Shown in pieces: positions 36,001-46,710 of a stretch of 64,000 nt of DNA. Under the pieces are notes generated by a model. That model had not been told where the DNA came from and made no database searches. It was given only the letters and a program-made list of their open reading frames with translations. Each line of letters starts with the position of its first letter. Positions within the stretch are counted from its first letter, which is position 1. Made by a program: the position numbers and the translations under genes. Source of the DNA: Eledone cirrhosa (Eukaryota); NCBI GenBank assembly GCA_964016885.1, contig OZ024740.1, positions 16,864,001 through 16,928,000 of the forward strand, given 5' to 3'.

Positions 36001-39000
36001 CACAACAACAATCACCACCACTACAACCACCACCACAACAACCACCATCACAACAACAACCACCACCACAACAACCACCACCACAACAACCACCACCACA
36101 ACTACAACCACCACTACAACAACAATCACCACAACAACAATCACCACAACAACCACCACCACAACAACAATCACCACAACTACAACCACCACCACAACAA
36201 CAACCACCATCACAACAACCACCACCACAACAACCACCACCACAACAACCACCACCACAACAACCACCACCACAACAACAACCACCACAACTACAACCAC
36301 CACCACCACAACCACCACCACAACAACCACTACAACAACAACCACCACCACAACAATCACCACAACTACAACCACCACCACAACAACCACCACCACCACA
36401 ACCACCACCACAACAACCACTACAACAACAACCACCACCACAACAATCACCACAACTACAACCACAACCACAACAACCACCACCACAACAACAATCACCA
36501 CAACTACAACCCCCACCACAACTACAACCACCACCACAACAACAACCACCACCACAACAACCACCACCACAACAACAAGCACCACAACTACAACCACCAC
36601 AACTACAACCACCACCACAACAACAACCACTACCACAACAACAATCACCACAATTACAACCACAACCACAACAACCACCACCACAACAACCACCACCACA
36701 ACAACAATCACCACAACTACAACCACCACCACAACAACCACCACCACAACAACCACCACCACAACAACAATCACCACAACTACAACCACCACCACAACAA
36801 CAACCACCACCACAACAACCACCACAACAACAGTCACCACAACTACAACCACCACCACAACAACCACCACCACCACAACAACCACCACCACAACACAATC
36901 ACCACAACAACAATCACCACAACAACCACCACCACAACAACAATCACCACAACAACCACCACCACCACAACAACCACCAGAAAAACCAACACCACAACAA
37001 CAATCACCACAACTACAACCACCACCACAACAACCACCACCACAACAACAATCACCCCAACTACAACCACCACCACAACAACCACCACCACAACAACCAC
37101 CACCACAACAACCTCACCACAACTACAACCACCACCACAACTACAACCACCACCACAACAACAACCACCACCACAACAACCACCACCACAACAACCACCA
37201 CCACAACAACCACCACCACAACAACCACCACCACCACAACAACCACCACCACAACAAGCACCACCACAACAATAATCACCACAACTACAACCACCACCAC
37301 AACTACAACCACCACCACCACAACAACCACCACTACAACAACAATCACCACAACAACAATCACCACAACAACAACAACCACCACCACAACAACCACCACC
37401 ACAACAACCACCACCACAACAACAACAATCACCACAACTACAACCACCACCACAACAACCACCACCACAACAACAACCACCACCACAACAAGCACCACCA
37501 CAACAACCACCACCACAACTACAACCACCACTACAACAACAATCACCACAACAACAATCACCACAACAACCACCACCACAACAACAATCACCACAACTAC
37601 AACCACCACCACAACAACAACCACCATCACAACAACCACCACCACAACAACCACCACCACAACAACCACCACCACAACAACCACCACCATAACAACAACC
37701 ACCACAACTACAACCACCACCACCACAACCACCACCACAACAACCACTACAACAACAACCACCACCACAACAATCACCACAACTACAACCACCACCACAA
37801 CAACCACTACCACAACAACAATCACCACAACTACAACCCCCACCACAACTACAACCACCACCACAACAACAACCACCACCACAACAACCACCACCACAAC
37901 AACAAGCACCACAACTACAACCACCACAACTACAACCACCACCACAACAACAACCACCACCACAACAACAATCACCACAATTACAACCACCACCACAACA
38001 ACCACCACCACAACAACCACCACCACAACAACAATCACCCCAACTACAACCACCACCACAACAACCACCACCACAACAACCACCACCACAACAACAATCA
38101 CCACAACTACAACCACCACCACAACTACAACCACCACCACAACAACAACCACCACCAAACAACCACCACCACAACAACCACCTCCACAACAACAATCACC
38201 ACAACTACAACCACCACCACAACAACCACCACCACAACAACCACCACCACAACAACAATCACCACAACTACAACCACCACCACAACAACAACCACCACCA
38301 CAACAACCACCACAACAACAATCACCACAACTACAACCACCACCACAACAACCACCACCACAACAACCACCACCACAACAACCACCACCACAACAACAAC
38401 CACCACAACTACAACCACTACCACCACAACCACCACCACAACAACCACTACAACAACAACCACCACCACAACAACCACCACAACAACAATCACCACAACT
38501 ACAACCACCACCACAACAACAATCACCACAACTACAACCACCACCACAACAACAACCACCACCACAACAAACACCACCACAACAACCACCACCACAACAA
38601 CAATCATCACAACTACAACCACCACCACAACTACAACCACACCCACAACAACCACCACTACAACAACCACCACCACAAGAACAATCACCACAACAACAAT
38701 CACCACAACAACCACCACCACAACAACAATCACCACAACTACAACCACCACCACAACAACCACCACCACAACAACCACCACCACAACAACCACCACCACA
38801 ACAACAACCACCACAACTACAACCACTACCACCACAACCACCACCACAACAACCACTACAACAACAACCACCACCACAACAACCACCACAACAACAATCA
38901 CCACAACTACAACCACCACCACAACAACAATCACCACAACTACAACCACCACCACAACAACAACCACCACCACAACAAACACCACCACAACAACCACCAC

Positions 39001-39753
39001 CACAACAACAATCATCACAACTACAACCACCACCACAACTACAACCACACCCACAACAACCACCACTACAACAACCACCACCACAAGAACAATCACCACA
39101 ACAACAATCACCACAACAACCACCACCACAACAACAATCACCACAACTACAACCAACACCACAACAACCACCACCACCACAACAACCACCACCACAACAA
39201 CCACCACCACAACAACAATCACCACAATTACAACCACCACCACAATTACAACCACCACCACCACAACAACCACCACTACAACAACAATCACCACAACAAC
39301 AATCACCACAACAACCACCACCACAACAACAATCACCACAACTACAACCACCACCACAACAACAACCACCACCACAACAACCACCACCACAACAACCACC
39401 ACCACAACAACAATCACCACAACTACAACCACCACCACAACAACAACCACCACCACAACAACAACCACCTCCACAACAACCACCACAACAACAATAACCA
39501 CAACTACAACCCGCACCACAACAACCACCACCACAACAACAACCACCACCACAACAATCACCACAACTACAACCACCACCACAATAACCACCACCACAAC
39601 AACAATCACCACAACTACAACCCCCACCACAACTACAACCACCACCACAACAACAATCACCACAACTACAACCACCACCACAACAACAATCACCACAACT
39701 ACAACCACCACCACAACAACAATCACCACAACTACAACACTACAACAACAACA
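1..39753. repeat. Giant compound trinucleotide satellite of ACA/ACC/ACT/ATC triplets with kb-scale higher-order repeats; runs off the left edge
   Basis: Continuous mosaic of short units such as ACAACAACCACCACC, ACAACTACAACCACCACC and ACAACAACAATCACC. The + strand is almost devoid of G. It ends abruptly at ...caacaacaatgagaattc. Confidence 0.97.
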
Positions 39754-39804
39754 ATGAGAATTCAACAGCTGTCCAACTTCCTGTCTCTGTCAATTAGTGT
39801 CGAA

Positions 39805-40291
<487 letters not shown>

Positions 40292-40561
40292 GCATTTTGA
40301 TTTTACCATCAATTCCAGTGGGTCCAGGTCGTTTTTTTATCATTTATTTTGTTTTGACCTGTTTAGCTTGATTTGTTTTTTGGCTTGTGTGGTTGATGCT
40401 TTGTTGACCACTTTTTCAGTTTGTATGGCGTCTTAACATATTGTTTAGCTCTGGATTTTTAACTATGGAGCTCTTGCCAGCATAACTCTGATTTTTGCGT
40501 TTCGTTTCGCTTTTTCTACCCGCCGAAATGTGGTTCTCGCTGAATTTATATATATATATAT

Positions 40562-40897
40562 AAATTTGGTCCTACTCATCTCCTTTGTGAATTGGAGAGA
40601 TGGGTATAGATTATTCAGGAGGATATTGAACTCATCCAGAGTATCTAGAGATTCTGTCCAGATGATGAAACAGTCGTCAAGGTATCTCTTCCAAGATTTT
40701 TCAATGTACTTTCTAAAGTCAGTACTATATTTTTCCTCTATTTCTTGGTAGAGTTGTTGTTCTAAGTACCCCATTACAGAGTTCGCGTAAACGGGAGCAA
40801 ACTTCGTTCCCATCGCTGTGCCTCTAATTTGGATGTAATTCTTTCCATTGAAGAAGAAAGTGTTGTTTTCCAGAATAAGTTTAACTGCGTCTAATAT
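40562..40897 (-). mobile_element. Penelope-like element reverse transcriptase fragment (minus-strand copy)
   Basis: Encodes GTAMGTKFAPVYAN...WKRYLDDCFIIW...FNILLNNLYPSLQFTKE, the PLE RT motifs (GxxMG, RYxDD). Truncated at an (AT)n run near 40560. Confidence 0.88.
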
Positions 40898-41261
40898 GAC
40901 GGAAACGAATTCACTTCTACTCAGTTTTGATGTGGTAAGCCTTTACACCAACATTACACATGATTTAGGAATAAAGGCGGTTAAATACTGGGTGGAAAAA
41001 CATAGAGAAGTGATTCCTATCAGATTCACAGCGCCATTTATATTAGACGCAGTTAAACTTATTCTGGAAAACAACACTTTCTTCTTCAATGGAAAGAATT
41101 ACATCCAAATTAGAGGCACAGCGATGGGAACGAAGTTTGCTCCCATTTACGCGAACTCTGTAATGGGGTACTTAGAACAACAACTCTACCAAGAAATAGA
41201 GGAAAAATATAGTACTGACTTTAGAAAGTACATTGAAAAATCTTGGAAGAGATACCTTGAC
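40898..41261 (+). mobile_element. Penelope-like element reverse transcriptase fragment (plus-strand copy, inverted relative to its neighbour)
   Basis: Encodes LLSFDVVSLYTNI...ILENNTFFFNGKNYIQIRGTAMGTKFAPIYAN...WKRYLD. Bases 41040-41261 are the reverse complement of 40676-40897. Confidence 0.9.
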
Positions 41262-41447
41262 ACAGAGTGTGTGACGAAAGAACTATGACTATGTATAAAC
41301 AACTATCTGGTTGTGGAACCAACCAACCAACCAGAAATTTATAAATTTATAAATTTATTATGAATTTATTATAATAAATTGAAGTGAAAGCAACTGGTGC
41401 GTGTGTTTCTTATTGGCAACATGACCCTCCCAAAGTATAACAATGTA

Positions 41448-41486
<39 letters not shown>

Positions 41487-41995
41487 AAACATAAATTATC
41501 GAGAATCGCATTTCGACTCACGAAATAACGAAAATCAACCTCCGAGATGTGTGGCAAGTGCTCAATGATTCAGATGAACCAGAGCTATAACAAACGTTAA
41601 AGGCCAAACACACTGAGACGATGGTTAAACAATCATTCACATAGCCACAAAAACGATCAAGTAATTCGGGTCAAACAAATAACAAATATCTGTGATTAAA
41701 AATTTACCCGGACCCCTGGAAGGTTGGTAAAATCCAGTATTTGGGTTTCTGCGGCTTCTAAATCAAGTACTGTCCGCTTACATAAATAATGTTAGGCTTC
41801 TGGTAAGATGATTGAACAAGGAAGCCACTTTCTCAACAGGTTTTAGTTCAATGTTAATACAAGGACTGACTATTGCAGACCCCACGTGGGGATCGGCAAG
41901 GGAGGCAACCCCTATATCAGGCGAATATATATATATATATACAATATATTAATAAATGGAAACTATATTTATAAAACCATATTTATTATACATAT

Positions 41996-42301
41996 TTCAA
42001 GGGCCACCAAGGCAAATTATGGTGCGCTTTAATCAGATAAAATACAGATTGGGTTTATAAATAGATATTGACATACCCGAAAAGAAAAGACAACCTTAAC
42101 GGTTGGAGCTTCCTGGATAGTCGCTATAGTCACTAACGGATAGTCACTATAGTCACTAACGGATAGTCACTATAGTCACTAACGGATAGTCACTATCCGT
42201 TAAGGTTGTCTTTTTTCGGGGTATGTCAATATTTATTTATAAACCAAATCTGTATTTTATCTGATGAAAGCGCACTAAAATGTGCCTTGGTTGCCCTTGA
42301 A
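41996..42301. mobile_element. MITE-like / fold-back element with ~105 bp imperfect TIRs and an internal 23-bp tandem repeat
   Basis: Left arm ttcaagggccaccaaggc...caaccttaacgg (41996-42102) matches the reverse complement of the right arm ccgttaaggttg...gccttggttgcccttgaa (42197-42301). The core is ggatagtcactatagtcactaac x3.5. Confidence 0.75.
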
Positions 42302-42302
42302 C

Positions 42303-42325
42303 TATCATCATCATCATCATCATCA
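42303..42325 (-). repeat. (TGA)n 3' tail of the RTE LINE
   Basis: An (ATC)7 run on + sits directly at the end of the LINE 3' UTR. Short-repeat tails are typical of RTE elements. Confidence 0.85.
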
Positions 42326-42702
42326 ACGTTTAACGTCCGTGTTCCACGCTTGCATGGGTTTGGACGGGGGTAGTCCCACTTGAGGCAAGAGTGATTGTCT
42401 TGCTCGCATAGGACTGTCTGGCAGGTTTTCTACAGTTGGATGCCCTTCCTAACACCAACCACATTTACAGTGTGGGTCTGGGAGGTTTTTACCGTGTTAC
42501 CTACACGGCCACATTACAGCGTGGACTGTGTGTTTTTTTGTCGTGACACCTACACGATCTCATTTGTTTCGGCCTCGATGGCGCGGCACCAACATAACTT
42601 TACATAGAACGGGGTGGTGTGGATGGGGTGGGGGTGGGGGTGGTGGGACGGGGTGTATTTTGTTAGAGATGCCTACTGGCTGGAGTAGGTTTTACTATAT
42701 AT

Positions 42703-45678
42703 TTAGGTAAGGCGGGTCTTCTCTGTTACTGAGTACCGCCAAAGGTCTCGGTCCAGTGACATTGTCTTGGAGAGGTGTAAGTGTGTGATGTCGGAGTTTA
42801 TCAGCTCGTCCCAGGTTTTTCTAGGTCTGCCTATTCCGTGACTACCGTCTATCTTTATTGCCCTGCACTTTGTTATACAGCTATCGACTTTCATGCGCAT
42901 CACGTGTCCATACCAACGTAGCCTTCTCTCGAGTAAACAACATCTGATCCCTCTTATCTCTAATTTTTTCCTTAGTTCGTTTATGCTTTGCCGTTCACGT
43001 ATATTACTGTTACACATCCAGCGGAGCATGCAAGCTTCGTTCCTCTCTAGTCTGCGTATATCCTCTGCACACAATGCCCAGGTCTCACTGCCATGCAGCA
43101 TTGCTGTTCGTATGCAGGCATCGTACAACCTGCCTTTCATTTTTAGGGAGAACCCTTTAGCAGCTAATAGTGGTATAAGCTCTCTGAACTTTTTCCAACC
43201 AGTTCTGACTCTAGCTACAGTACTTTCAGAGCACCCTCCCCCACTGCTGATTTTATCGCCCAGGTAACGGAAGCTGTCCACTATTTCTATAGAACCCTCT
43301 GCGCAATTGAAAGAGCTAGTATTTTGTGGGCACTTGCTGCTACTTATTGCACCAGAGCACCGGCCACATGTAAAATCTATGTTCTTAGTTAGCTTACCTG
43401 TGATCCCACTACATCTTTTATGCACCCATACTTTGCATTTAGGACATAAAATGGAGTTTCTACCTACGCCTTTCCTACACACCGAGCACGACCATTTCCC
43501 AGAAGGGACCGCCGCCTTGTTTTCTTTCCTACAAACTAGTACTTTGGTCTTAGCCAGGTTAATTTTAAGTCCTTTTGACTCTAGGCCGTGCTTCCATGTT
43601 TGGAATTTCTTCTCTAGCTCGGCCATTGATTCCGCTATGAGTGTCAGGTCGTCTGCGTATAGGAGTTCCCATGGGCAGCCTGTCTTGAACTCCTCTGTTA
43701 TAGCCTGAAGGGCAATAATAAATAGTAGTGGGCTGAGAACAGAGCCCTGATGGACACCAACTTTTACGCTAAACTCTTCACTATATTCGTTGTTAATTCT
43801 AACCTTGCTGACTGTTTCTTTATACGTGGCTTGTATAGCCCTGACAAGCCATTCGTCAACGCCTAGTTTTCTAAGAGCCCACCAGATAATGGAGCGGGGG
43901 ACTCTGTCGAAGGCTTTCTCCAAGTCGACAAAAGCTAAGTAGAGGGGTTTACCTTTAGCTAGGTACTTCTCCTGTAGTTGTCGTACTATGAAAAGAGCGT
44001 CTGTGGTACTTTTGCCTGACACAAACCCGAACTGCATTTCATCTAGGTCAATTCTCTCTCTGATTAGTTGCGCTATTACTTTTTCCGTGACCTTCATGAC
44101 CTGGTCGATTAATTTAATGCCTCTATAGTTACTCCTATCTAGGGCGTCTCCTTTACCCTTATAACAGTTAACGATGATGCTGCTATGCCAGTCCTTCGGA
44201 ACAACCCCATTCTGTACGACTTGGTTAACTATGCGGGTGACCATGGTGTGTCCCACCGTGCCAGATGCCTTCAGCATCTCAGCAACTATTTCCGAAGGCC
44301 CAGCCGCCTTACCCGTCTTCATATCCTTGATTGCCTTACTTATTATACTCCCCTCGACTAACACTGCTGGTCCCTCTATTGGGTCGATATGGGGGAGACT
44401 GTCTTTCTCCCATTTATTCTCCTCATTAAGTAGCCTTTCATAGTGACACTTCCAAGCTACCTTCTTATCAGCGTCGGTGATGGCAAGTGTGCCATCGTCG
44501 TTTAGTACACACTTCTCCCCGACAATATCACGGTTTTCCTTGACGCATTGCCTAGCAATCCTGAACACCTCACGTTTTTGGTCATCACGTTGTAGAACAT
44601 GCTTGAACTTTCTTTCCTCAGCTTCCCTTCTTGCTAAGTACACTTGTCTCCTAGCTTCCCTCCTGGCCACTTGATAGTCCTCTCTACTTCCCCCATCCCG
44701 CCATACTTTCCAAGCCTGCTTTTTGGCCTTAATTGACCCCTCCACCTTACTGTTCCACCACCATGTTACTCTCCTCCTGCCTACAGGCCTGCTCCAGCCA
44801 CAGACTTCGTCTGTCGCCAACAGCAGGTTTGCTTTCAGAAATTCCCACTCTCCCTCTATATTGTCCGACTCTAAATGTTCTTCCTTACTGTCGAAAGCAT
44901 CAAGTAATATGCTTTGAAATTTATTCCTGGCTGTGGGGTCCTTTAGCTTCCATATTTTTCTCCTGAGGATAGTCCTCTTCTGCTGTCGAGTACGTCTCGT
45001 CCTGACTATGAGGTCGCTAATTATCAGTCTATGTTGGGAGGTGCATTCTTCATGGGGGAGGGATTTAGTGTTTACAACAGACACTCTGTCACGTCTTCTG
45101 GTAAGGATATAATCTACCTGGCTTGTGTGTTCCCCGGATCTATAGGTGATCAGGTGATTGTCACGTTTTTTGAAGTTAGTGTTACAGATAGTTAGGTTAT
45201 TTGCATCACAGAATTCCAGGATTCTGGAGCCTTCCTCATTTCTAGTACCAAACCCATAGCCTCCATGGATTTCGTCGTAGCCGTCACAATGTTGTCCAAC
45301 GTGACCATTTAGGTCGCCTGCGATAATTATATAGTCACTGTCGGATATTTGGGAGGTAGTTAGCATCAGTGTCTCATAGAATCTGTCTTTTATAGTGCCG
45401 GGCAGTCCGGATTGGGGTGCGTACCCAGATATTACTGTCACCGTAGTTCTATTGAGGACAAGTCGTATTTTAATTATTCTGTCGTTCACTCTATTTACGT
45501 CTATTATCTTATCTGCCCACTTTTCTGCTACCATGATTCCTACTCCACCCAGCCCATCGTCGTTTCCCACCCAGAAAAGCTTATAACATCGTTTTTTACC
45601 CTCAATGAACCTAGCAGACCCACCCCTCCACCTGGTCTCTTGAATACAACAAACATCGACCTCCTTACGTTCAAGCAT
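42703..45678 (-). CDS. RTE LINE polyprotein: apurinic-like endonuclease + reverse transcriptase with inserted PHD finger (991 aa from the first ATG; frame open to 45789)
   Basis: APE motifs CCIQETRW, GYAPQ, IAGDLNGHVG, VDYILTR. RT motifs YKGKGD..NYRGIKL, QFGF, FVDLEKAFDRV, GVHQGSVLSPLLF, LLYADDL (YADD at 43648-43659), FRYLG. RTE C-terminus RLRWYGHVMR..GRPRKTW. No stops or frameshifts. Confidence 0.95.
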   Translation of the reverse strand: MLERKEVDVCCIQETRWRGGSARFIEGKKRCYKLFWVGNDDGLGGVGIMVAEKWADKIIDVNRVNDRIIKIRLVLNRTTVTVISGYAPQSGLPGTIKDRFYETLMLTTSQISDSDYIIIAGDLNGHVGQHCDGYDEIHGGYGFGTRNEEGSRILEFCDANNLTICNTNFKKRDNHLITYRSGEHTSQVDYILTRRRDRVSVVNTKSLPHEECTSQHRLIISDLIVRTRRTRQQKRTILRRKIWKLKDPTARNKFQSILLDAFDSKEEHLESDNIEGEWEFLKANLLLATDEVCGWSRPVGRRRVTWWWNSKVEGSIKAKKQAWKVWRDGGSREDYQVARREARRQVYLARREAEERKFKHVLQRDDQKREVFRIARQCVKENRDIVGEKCVLNDDGTLAITDADKKVAWKCHYERLLNEENKWEKDSLPHIDPIEGPAVLVEGSIISKAIKDMKTGKAAGPSEIVAEMLKASGTVGHTMVTRIVNQVVQNGVVPKDWHSSIIVNCYKGKGDALDRSNYRGIKLIDQVMKVTEKVIAQLIRERIDLDEMQFGFVSGKSTTDALFIVRQLQEKYLAKGKPLYLAFVDLEKAFDRVPRSIIWWALRKLGVDEWLVRAIQATYKETVSKVRINNEYSEEFSVKVGVHQGSVLSPLLFIIALQAITEEFKTGCPWELLYADDLTLIAESMAELEKKFQTWKHGLESKGLKINLAKTKVLVCRKENKAAVPSGKWSCSVCRKGVGRNSILCPKCKVWVHKRCSGITGKLTKNIDFTCGRCSGAISSSKCPQNTSSFNCAEGSIEIVDSFRYLGDKISSGGGCSESTVARVRTGWKKFRELIPLLAAKGFSLKMKGRLYDACIRTAMLHGSETWALCAEDIRRLERNEACMLRWMCNSNIRERQSINELRKKLEIRGIRCCLLERRLRWYGHVMRMKVDSCITKCRAIKIDGSHGIGRPRKTWDELINSDITHLHLSKTMSLDRDLWRYSVTEKTRLT

Positions 45679-45691
45679 TTCTACAACCTCG

Positions 45692-45937
45692 TTAGCGCGA
45701 CCCTTTAGGGTGCCTACATTTATGGTACCAACTCTGAAGTTTTGGATTGCGTTTGGGGGTTGGGGGCGGTGGGGGCGGGGGCGATGGGGTTATGTTAGCC
45801 GTCCGCGGTCGAAACAATGAGGAGTGCTCGCATTCTCGTCCAAGAGGTGAATTTGTCTTTATCTTTGGCATTGTCGCTGAGCGTCCAGATTTTTCTCTCT
45901 CTCTCCTCCACTCTCCAGGATTCCGCAGTCCATCCAT
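45692..45937 (-). CDS. Short upstream ORF (81 aa, basic/Pro-rich) overlapping the start of the LINE polyprotein frame
   Basis: ATG-initiated ORF in a different frame that overlaps the APE N-terminal coding sequence. Short overlapping 5' ORFs are known in RTE elements. No recognisable domain. Confidence 0.4.
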   Translation of the reverse strand: MDGLRNPGEWRREREKSGRSATMPKIKTNSPLGRECEHSSLFRPRTANITPSPPPPPPPTPKRNPKLQSWYHKCRHPKGSR

Positions 45938-45980
45938 CCATCATATATCGAAAGGCAACCAGGCAAGCGATAGTATAGGC

Positions 45981-46076
45981 CTCTGGCTTCTGATTGGTCC
46001 GCGTAATAATACTGGTGATGCGTGGGGGCTCTGTTTTATGATTGGTCCACGTAATAGCAATGGTGGTGCGTGGGGG
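45981..46076 (-). promoter_or_regulatory. Two imperfect 48-bp tandem units, each with a CCAAT box, at the LINE 5' end
   Basis: tgattggtcc occurs at 45991 and 46039 (GGACCAATCA on minus), each followed on + by cgtaata...tggtg.tgcgtggggg. A promoter role is inferred. Confidence 0.4.
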
Positions 46077-46506
46077 TGGGGTGTTGGGTAGTTAGATAGA
46101 AGGTAATGATTGAATGGGGTCCTTGCATTTAACAAGCGATTAACAAAAATACAAAATTTGTTCTGTTCAATACGACCAAAAACTTTCGTATTTAACAATT
46201 AATAGAAACAGAAAATGTAGTTTGTTTTAGCGATAGATTGGCTATTTGGACTTGATACGAAATATGGATTGTTTTGAAAATACGCTAGAATTAGAATTAA
46301 AATACGCTAGAATTAGGATTTGTGGAGGAAGAGAAATGAAATCTGTACATTACGTTACATGAATATCGTGAGGTAGAGACAAATAAAATAAATATGGTTT
46401 CCATTTATGAATATATTGTGTATTAACTCCACTAATTTGTTGAGTGCTTTATATCAGTTATAAAAATATTAAGATTGTTGAATCCCAACAAATTAAATAT
46501 AACCTC

Positions 46507-46509
<3 letters not shown>

Positions 46510-46585
<76 letters not shown>

Positions 46586-46587
46586 TG

Positions 46588-46642
<55 letters not shown>

Positions 46643-46649
46643 TGTATGT

Positions 46650-46681
<32 letters not shown>

Positions 46682-46700
46682 TGTATGTATATATACACAC
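46510..46700. repeat. (TA)n / (TATG)n compound microsatellite
   Basis: Three (TA)n blocks, each followed by tattatatgtatgtatg. Confidence 0.95.
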
Positions 46701-46710
46701 ACGTGTGTGT

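Larger units (their letters stand above)
42303..46080 (-). mobile_element. Near full-length RTE-clade non-LTR retrotransposon (LINE)
   Basis: Single long APE+RT ORF, ~375 bp 3' UTR and a (TGA)n 3' tail. The 5' boundary is approximate and no TSD was identified. Confidence 0.93.

Noticed and set aside
1-39753. Telomeric repeat (TG-rich strand)
   Set aside because: There are no TTAGGG arrays, the units are triplet-based, and similar arrays occur internally in both orientations.
761-39765. Very long poly-Val, Trp/Leu and Gly-Cys ORFs on the minus strand (up to 1920 aa)
   Set aside because: These are translations of GTN/TGN/GGT triplets with GTG/TTG pseudo-starts. Stop codons are missing for compositional reasons, so they are not metallothionein- or keratin-associated genes.
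42115-42196. CRISPR-like short repeats
   Set aside because: The 23-bp units are head-to-tail with no spacers, there are no cas genes, and the context is eukaryotic.
42893-45708. Plus-strand ORFs overlapping the LINE
   Set aside because: Antisense shadows of the RTE ORF with no independent motifs.
46080-46400. Target-site duplication for the intact RTE
   Set aside because: No match to the 3' flank (cccttgaact) was seen, so the 5' boundary is left approximate.
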